DNA of 64,000 nt from Saccharofermentans sp. (lineage in GTDB: Bacteria > Bacillota > Clostridia > Saccharofermentanales > Saccharofermentanaceae). Below the pieces are notes generated by a model. That model was not told where the DNA came from. It made no database searches and saw nothing but the letters and a program-made list of their open reading frames with translations. Position 1 is the first letter of the stretch. Each line of letters begins with the position of its first letter. Below, one piece after another: positions 1 to 9,812 of this stretch. Position numbers and translations under genes: made by a program. Location: positions 4,987 through 68,986 of the forward strand of contig JAILMW010000038.1 of assembly GCA_024692235.1 (NCBI GenBank). Direction: 5' to 3'.

Positions 1-2
1 AC

Positions 3-359
3 AGTGCTCTTGCAAGCGGAAGGCTCTCGAGAAAGCCCGGCGAAGGTAATACCAAGAGAGCAGCTGAAGATAACTATGCTAAGTTCAAGTATGATGCGTC
101 GGCAACGCAGGACAATGTTATAATAGAGCGCGTGGCGGAACTTGCAGATCGCCGCGGCGTGACCATGACGGAGATCTCCCTTGCATGGCTTCTTACCAAG
201 GTAACATCTCCCGTCGTAGGCGCGACCAAGCCCCACCATATGGAAGGCGCGGCAAGGGCCGTGGATCTGAAGCTTACGGAAGAAGAGATATCCTATCTTG
301 AAGAACCTTATGTCCCGCATCCGCTCGTAGGCGTTATGGCACAGAATAAGAGATCTTAG
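3..359 (+). CDS. Aldo/keto reductase, C-terminal part (truncated by window start)
   Basis: Frame is open from nt 3 (SALASGRLSRKPG...) into ORF 132..359; typical AKR C-terminus ISLAWLL..VTSPVVGATKPHHME..LTEEEI..LE. Confidence 0.85.
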   Translation, partial: SALASGRLSRKPGEGNTKRAAEDNYAKFKYDASATQDNVIIERVAELADRRGVTMTEISLAWLLTKVTSPVVGATKPHHMEGAARAVDLKLTEEEISYLEEPYVPHPLVGVMAQNKRS

Positions 360-376
360 GATAATATCAGGAAATA

Positions 377-412
377 AAAAGCTAAGCCCCATGGACTTAG
401 CTTTTATCTTTT
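377..412 (+). terminator. Intrinsic terminator
   Basis: AAAAGCTAAG...CTTAGCTTTT stem followed by a T-rich tail after the AKR stop. Confidence 0.65.
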
Positions 413-535
413 GTATAGTATCAGATAAGGTCTCCTTGGCATTGCCGCATAAGAGGAGTTATGCGAGAATCTAAGCTGGAAGAGATATTAAAGTGATCTC
501 AGGAAGGTCTCGTATGTAAACTGCAGGAGGTTCTT

Positions 536-1255
536 ATGCAGAAGTTATTGTTCCTGGCGGATCTGCACGGTAATATGCCTGCTACTGCCGCACTGGAGAA
601 AGAGATGGAGAGGATAAGGCCTGATGGTGTCTGGTTTCTCGGAGACTGTGTAGGTAAGGGACCCGAGGGAGACAAGACCCTTGACTGGGTGCGTAAGAAC
701 TGTAACCACTTTATCGCGGGCAACTGGGATGAAGGTGTATATAAGTGTGCTAAGGAAGATCCTGACTTTAAGGCATCTGACGCTTTTTACTATGAGCAGT
801 TGGGCAAAGAGCGCTTAGCATGGCTCGAGTCGCTGCCTCTTGAAGATGAGGTGCTGATAAGCGGTATCAACTTCAGGCTCCTTCACGGAAGACCGACGGA
901 TATCAATTACCATCCGTATCTTCCTCTGGATGAACTTCGCCCCGGATTTACCGATACGAAGGGCAAGGTCCACGGAGGATTCATTTGCGGGGATTCCCAT
1001 ATGCCGTATGTACTGGAGATGGATATGGGCTATGCCATCAATACGGGAAGCGTAGGTAATTCATTCGGCGTTACCAGGTGTCATGCACTCCTGATAGAAG
1101 GCGAGCTCGGATCATCCGAGACCGCTCCCATCAGCATGAACATACTGAGCATCCCGTACGATAACAAGCTTGCTGCCAAGATCGCGGACGAGTATCCCGT
1201 ACCGAACAAGGAAGCCTATAAGAATGAAGTCCTGACAGGAGTGTATTCAAGATGA
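536..1255 (+). CDS. Calcineurin-like metallophosphoesterase
   Basis: DLHGN, GDCVG, GNWD, HG and NTGSVG motifs; AGGAGG RBS. Confidence 0.9.
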   Translation: MQKLLFLADLHGNMPATAALEKEMERIRPDGVWFLGDCVGKGPEGDKTLDWVRKNCNHFIAGNWDEGVYKCAKEDPDFKASDAFYYEQLGKERLAWLESLPLEDEVLISGINFRLLHGRPTDINYHPYLPLDELRPGFTDTKGKVHGGFICGDSHMPYVLEMDMGYAINTGSVGNSFGVTRCHALLIEGELGSSETAPISMNILSIPYDNKLAAKIADEYPVPNKEAYKNEVLTGVYSR

Positions 1256-1782
1256 GTACGGATATAAGTTACAGAAAAGTCCGTAAGGAAGACGGATATC
1301 AGTGGTATTCGCTCCTTAACAGCGTATGGCGCACATCTTATGCTCACATATTCCCCGAAGAAGTATTCGATGCGCGCGACAGTAAGTTAGATGTTAAGGT
1401 CAGTGAGTTTTCCGAGGAGAAGTTCATGAGCGACAGAAAGATCGCTTATGTTGCAGAGCATGACGGCAAGATCGTCGGCCTGTTGTTCGGGACCATGGAT
1501 TCCGATTATGAATACTTCAGGGGCGATCATGCGGACCTGGTGGCTCTTTATGTATATCCCGAATATCACGGGAAGGGGATAGGTACCGCACTTAAAGACC
1601 TGTTCGTTAAGTGGGCCAAGAGTAAGGGTGCCCGCCGATTCGTTATTGGAGTGCTGAAGGATAACGCTAAAGCCCGTAAGGTATATGAATCCTGGGGCGG
1701 GATCTTATCCGAACATGAGCAGGACTTTACCATGTTGGGTAAGGGCTATCCTGAAAGATTCTACACATTCGAGATCACTTAA
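1252..1782 (+). CDS. GNAT family N-acetyltransferase
   Basis: LYVYPEYHGKGIG acetyl-CoA motif A, N..A..VYE..G; ATGA overlap with the upstream gene. Confidence 0.9.
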   Translation: MSTDISYRKVRKEDGYQWYSLLNSVWRTSYAHIFPEEVFDARDSKLDVKVSEFSEEKFMSDRKIAYVAEHDGKIVGLLFGTMDSDYEYFRGDHADLVALYVYPEYHGKGIGTALKDLFVKWAKSKGARRFVIGVLKDNAKARKVYESWGGILSEHEQDFTMLGKGYPERFYTFEIT

Positions 1783-1792
1783 TGCTTAAAAT

Positions 1793-1830
1793 ACAAAGAC
1801 ACTTCCCGAACATCAGGGAAGTGTCTTTGT
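1793..1830. terminator. Bidirectional terminator between convergent genes
   Basis: 15-bp stem ACAAAGACACTTCCC / GGGAAGTGTCTTTGT. Confidence 0.8.
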
Positions 1831-1852
1831 TATTATCTTATTCTTCTTGAGC

Positions 1853-2782
1853 TTAGTTATGCTCGTTAAGCTTTGCGATGATGTTGGGAAGTTCGCCGTC
1901 TACCTTGTCGTTATCCAGCTGGCAGGTACCGGCATTCGTATGTCCGCCTCCGCCGTAGGAGAGACACAGGGCACCTATGTCGGTAGTGCCGTTCTTGTTG
2001 ACTATGGATTTGCCGATCATGACGGCGGTATTCTGCTTTTTAAAGCCCCATGCCACGTGAACGCTCATCTCAACTTCCGGCCACATCGCATATACCATGA
2101 ACCTGTTGCCCGTGTAGATCGTCTCCAGAGGCCTTAAGTCGATGACTGCCACCTTGTCGTAGATCTTAGTAACTTCCTGAAGCTGCTTCTTGAAGAGCTC
2201 CTGCTGCTCGAAGTACATATCGGTACGTTCCTTGACATCGGGGAGAGCCAGGACGTCCTTGATGGAATGTGTCGTACAGTAATCTATAAGTTCCATCATC
2301 AGCTGGTAGTTGGAGATCCTGAAATCATGGAACCTTCCGAGCCCGGTCCTTGCATCCATTATAAAGTTCATAAGTACCCAGTCCTTGGGGTTGAGGATCT
2401 CATCGACGGTGAAGTCTGCCGAGTCGCCCTTGTCGACGGCGGTCATTATCTCTTCCGAGACGTTCTTAAATGTCTCTGCTCCGCCATAGTACTTATATAC
2501 GACGCGGGCAGCCGACTTCTCGCATATGCATATGTACTTGTTGCCGAATGCCTCTGCTGAATTTCTCATGAGCTCACTCTCATGGTGATCAAAAGCAAGT
2601 CCTACCCTGGGATCGAAAGGAAGATTTGTAGTGATGTCATTCTCCGACAGGTCGACCTTGCCGTCCTGGACATCTTTGGGATGAACGAACTTGATCTCGT
2701 CGATTAGGTCGAGCTCTTTGAGGAGCATAGCGCATACCAGACCGTCAAAGTCACTTCTGGTAACAAGTCTCTTCTTATCCAT
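1853..2782 (-). CDS. DHH/DHHA1 family phosphoesterase (exopolyphosphatase-related / nanoRNase-like)
   Basis: SDFDG, FDHH and GGGGH..AG motifs. Confidence 0.85.
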   Translation of the reverse strand: MDKKRLVTRSDFDGLVCAMLLKELDLIDEIKFVHPKDVQDGKVDLSENDITTNLPFDPRVGLAFDHHESELMRNSAEAFGNKYICICEKSAARVVYKYYGGAETFKNVSEEIMTAVDKGDSADFTVDEILNPKDWVLMNFIMDARTGLGRFHDFRISNYQLMMELIDYCTTHSIKDVLALPDVKERTDMYFEQQELFKKQLQEVTKIYDKVAVIDLRPLETIYTGNRFMVYAMWPEVEMSVHVAWGFKKQNTAVMIGKSIVNKNGTTDIGALCLSYGGGGHTNAGTCQLDNDKVDGELPNIIAKLNEHN

Positions 2783-2907
2783 TTGGTAAATCCCTCCCGA
2801 TCGTTTTCCTGTGCTTTGGGCACCTTAAGGCCCTCATAGTGTGATTATAACATCGGCATAGGGAATAAAAGATTGATATTAAGTTAAGTATTAGTGAACA
2901 GATCTTA

Positions 2908-3846
2908 TCATGCTTCCGTAGCCGCCTTGGGCATCATTGACGGGTTAGGACATCCGCAGTTGCCGCAGAACTTGAATGTCGAGAGCGTACCGCAGTCGGG
3001 GCATGTCCATGTGCTGTCCATCGGGCGCTTGTTGCCGCACATCGCGCAGAAGTTATGCTGATTAACGTGTCCGCAGCTGCAGGTCCATGTACCTACGATA
3101 GAAGGCCTGTATACTGTCTGTACTTCGCCCGGAAGATTTACTATGCAGTAATCGTTCTTGGAAGACTTGAGGATTATTATGAAGCATACGACGAACATGG
3201 CGATGACATAGCCGATCCACAGGATGACAGAAAGACCCGTTATGATGTCCTCTCCTGAAGCGGCGCCGCTCATTACGATCGCATCGTAGACTCCGTGTAC
3301 CAGGCTTGGTACGATCATCGCAAGAAGCATATTAGAGGCAAAGCTCTTCTTGCTTCCGGTAAGCTTTGCAAACTTTGCTCTGCTGTAGAAGAAACCCATA
3401 AATACCGAGAAGCAAGCATGCCCCGGAACTGACGTAAACATACGAAGGATAGCAGTACCGAATCCGTTCTGGAAAACATAACCGACATTCTCTATGGCTG
3501 CGAATCCCAGTGATACGAATACCGCATAGACTATAGCATCGTAGCTGTAGTCGAAATGCTTATTCTTCCAGGTGATAAGCCACAGTACAAGGAACTTGCT
3601 GAGCTCCTCTGCAGGACCTACCACGCACATGGCGAAGATGAGCATCTTAAGAACGGGCATATAGTAGAATAAAGCTTCGAGGATGAATTCTCCTATGAAC
3701 TCGGGGATGACTGCAGGGATTATGGAAGCTACGCCTGCGAAGAACAATCCTATAAGAAGACCGATAGGTTCCTTCTCCTGCTTGTCCTTAATGTATATGA
3801 AGATAAGTAGTGCGACTACCGGAATAAGCGCCAGAGCAAATAACAT
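2908..3846 (-). CDS. prsW: PrsW family intramembrane metalloprotease with C-terminal zinc ribbons
   Basis: EExxK (AEELSK), GFAAIEN, H..F and HGVYD motifs; tail WTCSC..CAMC..WTCPDC..CGNC. Confidence 0.85.
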   Translation of the reverse strand: MLFALALIPVVALLIFIYIKDKQEKEPIGLLIGLFFAGVASIIPAVIPEFIGEFILEALFYYMPVLKMLIFAMCVVGPAEELSKFLVLWLITWKNKHFDYSYDAIVYAVFVSLGFAAIENVGYVFQNGFGTAILRMFTSVPGHACFSVFMGFFYSRAKFAKLTGSKKSFASNMLLAMIVPSLVHGVYDAIVMSGAASGEDIITGLSVILWIGYVIAMFVVCFIIILKSSKNDYCIVNLPGEVQTVYRPSIVGTWTCSCGHVNQHNFCAMCGNKRPMDSTWTCPDCGTLSTFKFCGNCGCPNPSMMPKAATEA

Positions 3847-3908
3847 AGACCCCTCCTGCTATGTAAGATTTTCTATAATATATCACGATGGCTTTAGGAT
3901 AGCATTTT

Positions 3909-3928
3909 ATAAGTGACATGTCACTTAT
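3909..3928. promoter_or_regulatory. Perfect 20-bp palindrome, candidate operator
   Basis: ATAAGTGACA|TGTCACTTAT between the divergent prsW and acyltransferase genes. Confidence 0.5.
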
Positions 3929-4037
3929 CCTCTATGACCTGTTCTTTGCCATGTCCGATAGTTGAGTTTGGCTGGTTCAAGGAGGAGCCTTACGACAATA
4001 TACTCTTAACGTAATGTTGTAACGGGGGGATCTTAAC

Positions 4038-5180
4038 ATGATCATATTGGTTTATGTCGCGCTGGCGTTCTTCCTCTTTTGGGGAGGAAAGTTTTGCAGG
4101 AAGAATGAATGGAACGAGGACCTGATGTCCTTCGACCATACGAAATGCTTCCTCGGCTTTTGTGCCGTTATAGTGGTACTTCATCACTGCTCTCAGTGGA
4201 CCTGTGCTCCCTGGCTTCCGCAGAACTTTATAAGACCCGGTCTTGATATATTCGTTACCGCAGGCTACCCCATGGTAGGAATGTTCTTCTTTTTCTCGGG
4301 ATTCGGACTTTATAAGAGCTCCAAGACAAAGCCTGATTTCTTCAATAACTTCATAGTATCCAGGTTCGTTCCGGTCCTTATCCCTACGGTACTTACGTTT
4401 TTTGTATATGTCTTTGTCATGAAGTGGAGGCATATCCCTTTCGTAATAGATCATCCTTTTGAGGTCAACGGTCATAATACATGGCATCCCTTTATCTGGT
4501 ATATACCCTGTATGCTCCTTACGTACCTTCTTTTTTACATCGGCTTCGGCCTTATCAAGAAGGATTGGGCAGGTATCCTTATTGTTGCTCTCGGTACATT
4601 GGGATATATCGGATTCTGCATCAGGTTCCAATATGGTACGTGGTGGTTCAATACCATGCACATGTTCCTTATCGGTATCCTTGTGGCAAAGTACGAGAAG
4701 AAGTTCTTTGAGAGCTGCAAGAAGCTCTGGATATTAAGGCTTATCGGTACCATTATCGCCTGTGTCGTATTAAGATTCTTAGGCGATAATGCGGGCGGTA
4801 TCTGGCTTATGCAAACACATCGCGATTACGGAATGTTTGCTTATCAGCATGATCTTATCTGTCTTATCTTCCAGCTGCTCTATACTCTGGCATTCATGTC
4901 TCTTTATTATCTCGTTGCGATGAAGCTTAAGATAGGTAACCCGGTCCTCAGATTCTTCGGCAAGTTTACGCTGGAGCTCTACCTTATCCACGGCATCTTT
5001 GTAAACATGTTCGGCTTCTACATGATCAATTTTAATGTGCGTCCTGTTTACTACATCAAGAGCGTGCCTTTGTATGTGCTTGTTGTTCTTGCCATATCGG
5101 TACCGTTATCCTACGGCATGTGTCTTGCAGATAAGAAAGTCGGTAAGCTTTTAAGAAGACCGGGACATAAGAAAGCGTAA
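4038..5180 (+). CDS. Acyltransferase family 3 membrane protein
   Basis: About 10 TM segments, VVLHH, FFFFSGFGL, WYIP and YLIHG motifs. Confidence 0.85.
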   Translation: MIILVYVALAFFLFWGGKFCRKNEWNEDLMSFDHTKCFLGFCAVIVVLHHCSQWTCAPWLPQNFIRPGLDIFVTAGYPMVGMFFFFSGFGLYKSSKTKPDFFNNFIVSRFVPVLIPTVLTFFVYVFVMKWRHIPFVIDHPFEVNGHNTWHPFIWYIPCMLLTYLLFYIGFGLIKKDWAGILIVALGTLGYIGFCIRFQYGTWWFNTMHMFLIGILVAKYEKKFFESCKKLWILRLIGTIIACVVLRFLGDNAGGIWLMQTHRDYGMFAYQHDLICLIFQLLYTLAFMSLYYLVAMKLKIGNPVLRFFGKFTLELYLIHGIFVNMFGFYMINFNVRPVYYIKSVPLYVLVVLAISVPLSYGMCLADKKVGKLLRRPGHKKA

Positions 5181-5203
5181 GATCTTGATAAGAATCAAGT
5201 CAG

Positions 5204-5233
5204 GTGCTCCGAAGCGATATTCGGGGCACTTTT
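5204..5233 (+). terminator. Intrinsic terminator
   Basis: GTGCTCCGA...TCGGGGCAC followed by TTTT. Confidence 0.7.
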
Positions 5234-5390
5234 CTTATGTTGTTGAACTTTAAAGGGATAGATATTATGTTTTGTCGGGGAACGGATATAAGATCTTTGA
5301 AGTTCATTGAAGTTTGCCCCGCCTGCTTCAAGAATACATGGGGTTTATATAGCAGCTTACGCGGACTAAGATATAAGTGTAATGGATCTG

Positions 5391-5477
5391 AGGAGGAAAG
5401 CCCTGACATAGAAGACATACACTGCGCTCCTACTGACAGCGTCGCTTCTTATTTTGAATTCATGCAGTGTATCTTAA
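5391..5477 (+). pseudogene. Remnant of a lipoprotein gene (RBS plus signal peptide only)
   Basis: AGGAGG followed by a frame reading KTYTALLLTASLLILNSC-SVS-stop, similar to the signal peptide of the next gene; no intact ATG. Confidence 0.45.
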
Positions 5478-5529
5478 GAAAGGCCCATACGAACCCTTCA
5501 AGTCAGGAAACTGCTTCTCGATTATCGCT

Positions 5530-5580
5530 GAAGGATACGAGGTCCCTTCACACCTCACGGGGATCTCGTCCTTCTTTTTT
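5530..5580 (+). terminator. Intrinsic terminator
   Basis: ACGAGGTCCC...GGGATCTCGT stem, T6 tail. Confidence 0.6.
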
Positions 5581-5647
5581 GCCTGAGTTCAGTCGCATGT
5601 CCTTGTTGTATAATAGGAAGATCTGATCAACAAGGACGGATATCAAT

Positions 5648-6499
5648 ATGAAGAATATAAAGAGTACAGTTTCCGCGCTTCTTTGCGCATCGCTTCTTAC
5701 GGGACTTTGCTCATGTCAGGATAAGACCCATGAGGCTATAGAAGAGACTACTGCTGCTACTACTGAGGTAACGACGGAAGAGACTGTTTCCGAGGAGACG
5801 ATACAAGAGACGTCTTCTTTGGCTTCTGTATCAGACGAGTCTGCTGCACAGATGCCGTTGTTCTCTGGTGAAGACGAAGCATATCAGTTATTTATCGAAG
5901 GCCTTACCGTATCCATAAGGAACGGTGAAGGATATTATTACGGTCCTGTAGAAGGCGTGGACGGCCATGTCGATGATCTCGGGATAGCGGCTTATTATCT
6001 GTCTTGGAGCGATTCGTACTACTACACTTATTCGGATATCGACAATAACGGCACACATGAACTTGTTATCGGGCATGAGGCCCATGATCAGGAAGGCGAT
6101 CCCATGATAATAGTCGACGGCTTTGTACTGGCAGATAGTGAGGGCGGATATGACATCCTTATTATCAGCTGGGAAAGAAGTGAGACCAGATATCTCGGAG
6201 GCGGATATTTCCTGACTGCGGGTTCTTCAGGCGCAGGTTCACATAGTGCGCAGATATGTCATTTTGACGGATCGCAGATCATAACCGACGCCACCATTTA
6301 TGAAGAATATGAAGGCGGCACTGACAGCGCTGATGCCGAGCCGGAATATACTTTGTACTTAGGCGATGACTACAGTGAGGAAAATGCCTTATATGGTGAA
6401 GAGGCTACGGGCAGCTGGGACGAGATCTTCGCGGAAGCGGATTCTTACGATAACGAGCTTATAGGCGCCGAGTGGAGTGAGGTTACTATCAATGGATGA
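5648..6499 (+). CDS. Acidic lipoprotein with T/E-rich linker and DxDxxG motif
   Basis: Lipobox-like LCSC after a hydrophobic signal; EETT repeats; YSDIDNNGTHELVIG. Confidence 0.8.
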   Translation: MKNIKSTVSALLCASLLTGLCSCQDKTHEAIEETTAATTEVTTEETVSEETIQETSSLASVSDESAAQMPLFSGEDEAYQLFIEGLTVSIRNGEGYYYGPVEGVDGHVDDLGIAAYYLSWSDSYYYTYSDIDNNGTHELVIGHEAHDQEGDPMIIVDGFVLADSEGGYDILIISWERSETRYLGGGYFLTAGSSGAGSHSAQICHFDGSQIITDATIYEEYEGGTDSADAEPEYTLYLGDDYSEENALYGEEATGSWDEIFAEADSYDNELIGAEWSEVTING

Positions 6500-7250
6500 T
6501 TACATTATCATATCGTTCCTGTACTATATCTTATCTTTTCTTAAGACCGGTATTGCTATAGCTACTGTCATCTTAAGTATCATCATTACGAAGAAAGATA
6601 AGAATGCGAAGTTTTTTGCTTTTTATCTGATCCCGATGTGCTGTAACTATTCTTTCTCCGCCTTTAACACGATTATCTTAAGGAAATCGGTTAATGCGTA
6701 TGTATCAGTATCAAGGGTAACTTCATATGTTGGTGCTGCCTTGACATTGGCGGCTCTTATATCAGTCGGTATGTATGCGAAGAGAAGATACGATTCCAAG
6801 GCTCATATCACGGTACCTTGTTCTTATATCGTAGTCGGTATCGTTACGACAGTAGTGAACATGATCGCAGTATCAATGGCCAGAGGCAATGGCGAAAATG
6901 TATTGATGGATAATATCATCGTAGCCACGACCATATCCTTGGTCCTGCAGCGTATCCCGTATATCATCCTGGTATATGTTTTCTATAAGAACAGCTCGCA
7001 AGAAGATAAGTTCCCGAGCCTTTGGAAGATAATGCTTCTTCTCACGGTGGCTTTGGCGCTGAACGATCTGGTCTCACTTGCCGCCATGTACGATTCAAGG
7101 TATAAAAGCGTGACGACATCCGCGGCTACGCTGCTGGTTGAAGTAAGTCCCTTGATACCTCTCATTTTGTGGCTTGGATCATCAATATATGTTTTAAGGA
7201 AACTCTCCTCAGAGAAATCTTTGAGGACAGCAGGAGCGGATCAGGAATAA
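6492..7250 (+). CDS. Hypothetical multi-pass membrane protein
   Basis: About 7 hydrophobic segments; start at ATG 6492 overlapping the upstream stop. Confidence 0.7.
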   Translation: MDDYIIISFLYYILSFLKTGIAIATVILSIIITKKDKNAKFFAFYLIPMCCNYSFSAFNTIILRKSVNAYVSVSRVTSYVGAALTLAALISVGMYAKRRYDSKAHITVPCSYIVVGIVTTVVNMIAVSMARGNGENVLMDNIIVATTISLVLQRIPYIILVYVFYKNSSQEDKFPSLWKIMLLLTVALALNDLVSLAAMYDSRYKSVTTSAATLLVEVSPLIPLILWLGSSIYVLRKLSSEKSLRTAGADQE

Positions 7251-7726
7251 TGAATTCATATCTTAAAAGACTTATCGAAGATAAAGATATACCGGTAGTA
7301 TTCGATTACGACGGAGTGCTCTTTGAAGCCAGGTGGTATGAGGAGCGCATTAATATGCGTGACGAGACAGAGGAATTACTTCTGGCCGCCATGGAAAGGG
7401 GAGAGAACTTAAGGACATCTCCCATAGGTTTTATGATCGACTGGGTAAAGACTCTTGAGAATGACCTTTATGTCCTTTCTTATATGCACAATAATATTGA
7501 ATACGATAATAAGAAAAAGCAGGTGGCAGAGTTCTATCCTTCTATTCCGACGGATCATGTCATCATGGCAACTTCTCCCGAAGACAAGATCGTTCATCTG
7601 GAGAAGATACTGTCGGAGTATGGTTCATTTATCTATATCGACGACACTCATCCTGCTCTCATGAAGTACGAGAATCACTTTGGGGATGAGTGTAAGTTCT
7701 TCCATGTCTCATCTCTTTATGTCTGA
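7250..7726 (+). CDS. HAD-superfamily-like hydrolase
   Basis: VVFDYDGVL motif I, VLS motif II, YIDD motif IV; TAATG coupling to the upstream gene. Confidence 0.65.
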   Translation: MNSYLKRLIEDKDIPVVFDYDGVLFEARWYEERINMRDETEELLLAAMERGENLRTSPIGFMIDWVKTLENDLYVLSYMHNNIEYDNKKKQVAEFYPSIPTDHVIMATSPEDKIVHLEKILSEYGSFIYIDDTHPALMKYENHFGDECKFFHVSSLYV

Positions 7727-7729
7727 ATC

Positions 7730-8464
7730 TTAAAGCCTCGTTCTAAGGTATATCACGATAAGATGTATCACCAGAAGGTGAAGAGGATAGAAGACGTAGA
7801 AGAACCACTTGTGGAAGGGTTTCCTGCTTCCGGGCTTTCCGTTATAGAAGTATGTAAGAAGGATCGGTACAAGGGATGCGCCTAACTGGAAGAGGCCTCT
7901 TGCTACGCTTCCTGACATGACCATGGAAAGGCAGGTCTCCACGACTGCGACAATGGAAAAAGAGATCCACTTATTCTTAGGATCGTCCCTGTAGATATAC
8001 GCGAACAGTGACCACAGTACTGCCCAGATGCACCAGTCTCCAAGCAAAGACAGAGCGCAGCCTGCGACTACCAGGAGGACCTTAAGTACTTTCTTTGCCT
8101 TGAACTCATCCCACATCCATATGGTCATGAATGACACCCATAAAGTGAAGATCATGCCGAACATATCCATGCCGAAGAAGGGCCATGTCTCATGTGAATG
8201 TATGCTGTAGGGGATCCATGTGATCATGGCGAATATAAAAAGGCGAAGAGCATACTTCTTCCTGTCCCTCGTATATTGATACCCTTCTGCAAGAAGAAGA
8301 GACATGCCGGGTCCCGTGAGACGACCTATTATGTGCATCGTCTGCCCCAGGGGACTCATAAACGGCACAAAGCTCCATGCGATATGGTCTATCAGCATGG
8401 CCAGGATAAGTATGTATTTGATCTGATTTCTGTTAAAGATCGCTGTTCCCTTATTGTTTTCCAT
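7730..8464 (-). CDS. TraX family membrane protein (putative acyltransferase)
   Basis: IKYILILAMLIDH, GRL, EGYQYTRD.KKY..RL and FYVFYPLHL motifs. Confidence 0.85.
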   Translation of the reverse strand: MENNKGTAIFNRNQIKYILILAMLIDHIAWSFVPFMSPLGQTMHIIGRLTGPGMSLLLAEGYQYTRDRKKYALRLFIFAMITWIPYSIHSHETWPFFGMDMFGMIFTLWVSFMTIWMWDEFKAKKVLKVLLVVAGCALSLLGDWCIWAVLWSLFAYIYRDDPKNKWISFSIVAVVETCLSMVMSGSVARGLFQLGASLVPILLTYFYNGKPGSRKPFHKWFFYVFYPLHLLVIHLIVIYLRTRL

Positions 8465-8595
8465 GGAATGGATTCTACCATCTCTCGTGAGCCTTTGGGA
8501 AGTTAATAGTTTCCTTTTATACAAATATGCCGATATTATCGAACCGTATCCGCGGCCGTAGTGTTCTATCATCTGAGCAGGGAGGGCATCTTAAT

Positions 8596-9681
8596 ATGGC
8601 TGACGGATCAACAAAGAGGTTATTTGAGATAGATGCGGTGAAGTTCTTCGCCATTATCTTCATGATCTGCGAGCATGTCTATGAGAGATTCAGTGCCTTT
8701 GATTATTCAGGTACCATGCCGAACACCTTCTACCGTAATCTTATAGAGTTCACAGGAGGTCCTCTTGCGGCACCCGTGTTCATGTTCTGTATGGGTCTTG
8801 GCATGGTATATACAAGGCACGATAAGCCGTCTGACTTTATAAGGCGCGGCATAAAGCTTCTTATCACGGGATATCTTCTTAACTTCTTCAGGCAGACCAT
8901 ACCCATGCTTATCGCTTCTGCTCTTGGTATAGAGACGGGCTTTAGCCTTATAGGCGGCCTTCTTAATGTGGATATATTGCCTTTCGCGGGAATGGCATTT
9001 ATTGCCGCGGGTCTTATGAAGAGACTTCGGCTGTCTTCTTATCAGATGCTTATACTTGCTGTTACATTGCAGGCAGGAGGGATATGGGCTGCGAAGCTTA
9101 ATATATCTTCCGTAGCCGCAGCTACGCTTGTGGGACTTTTGATCCCCGGAGGGGACCACGTAGCTTTCCCTCTTACTCTGTGGCTTGTATATCCCGTGTC
9201 GGGGATGTTGTTCGGAGAGCGCATTAAGTGCATTTCTTCGAGAAATGATCTTTATAAGAAGATCCTGCTTTCTTCAGCTATATTCTTTGCAGCTTATTCG
9301 GCGACACTTTTATTCTTCGGATATGACCTGCGCATATTCTACGCACTGTATGAAGGCTCCTACTATAACCAGACTCTTCTTCATACATTGTGGATACTGC
9401 CTCTGATCCTTATTGCCGTAAGTTGCTGCTTCCTTATATTACGAGTATTCGCGATTAAACTTCCCGGCAAGTTCATGACATACTGCAGCACCAACCTTAC
9501 CCGCATCTATATCACGCAGTGGCTCCTTATAGGATACGGCCTCGGCTTTTATATCCTTCTCGGATTCGGGCCTTCCGCTTCGCCTGTTAAGCTTACTTTG
9601 GGAGCCCTTATACTTATGGCGGCAGCTACAGGTACAGTTACTGTTATTAATGCCATTAGCGGGCGGAAGAAGAGAGCTTGA
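8596..9681 (+). CDS. DUF1624 / HGSNAT-like membrane acyltransferase domain protein
   Basis: RLFEIDAVK..AIIFMI..H, AAPVFMFCMG, RRG..L, DIL and FPL..W motifs; GGAGG RBS. Confidence 0.75.
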   Translation: MADGSTKRLFEIDAVKFFAIIFMICEHVYERFSAFDYSGTMPNTFYRNLIEFTGGPLAAPVFMFCMGLGMVYTRHDKPSDFIRRGIKLLITGYLLNFFRQTIPMLIASALGIETGFSLIGGLLNVDILPFAGMAFIAAGLMKRLRLSSYQMLILAVTLQAGGIWAAKLNISSVAAATLVGLLIPGGDHVAFPLTLWLVYPVSGMLFGERIKCISSRNDLYKKILLSSAIFFAAYSATLLFFGYDLRIFYALYEGSYYNQTLLHTLWILPLILIAVSCCFLILRVFAIKLPGKFMTYCSTNLTRIYITQWLLIGYGLGFYILLGFGPSASPVKLTLGALILMAAATGTVTVINAISGRKKRA

Positions 9682-9812
9682 GCAGGATATTTTGATAATC
9701 AAAGTAATACCGCAGATTTGCCCTAATGGCATATGTCGGCCCGCACCTTAAGGCGCTATTATGATGACAGGAGGACCACATGGTCCGACTTAAGGGAAAG
9801 GGGGGCTATAGT

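Noticed and set aside
476-510. CTGGAA...TCTCAGG resembling a glycine riboswitch
   Set aside because: Lacks the CCGAAG core and P2/P3 layout, and the downstream genes are unrelated to glycine.
5390-5410. GAGGAAAG resembling the RNase P RNA signature
   Set aside because: The following GTCC and the 3' conserved elements are absent; it reads as an RBS.
5204-5626. 140-aa ORF in the intergenic region
   Set aside because: Starts inside a terminator, crosses a second terminator, and has no RBS or protein-like features.
7730-8464. TraX as a sign of a conjugative element
   Set aside because: No other transfer, relaxase or integrase genes are present; chromosomal TraX-family proteins are common.
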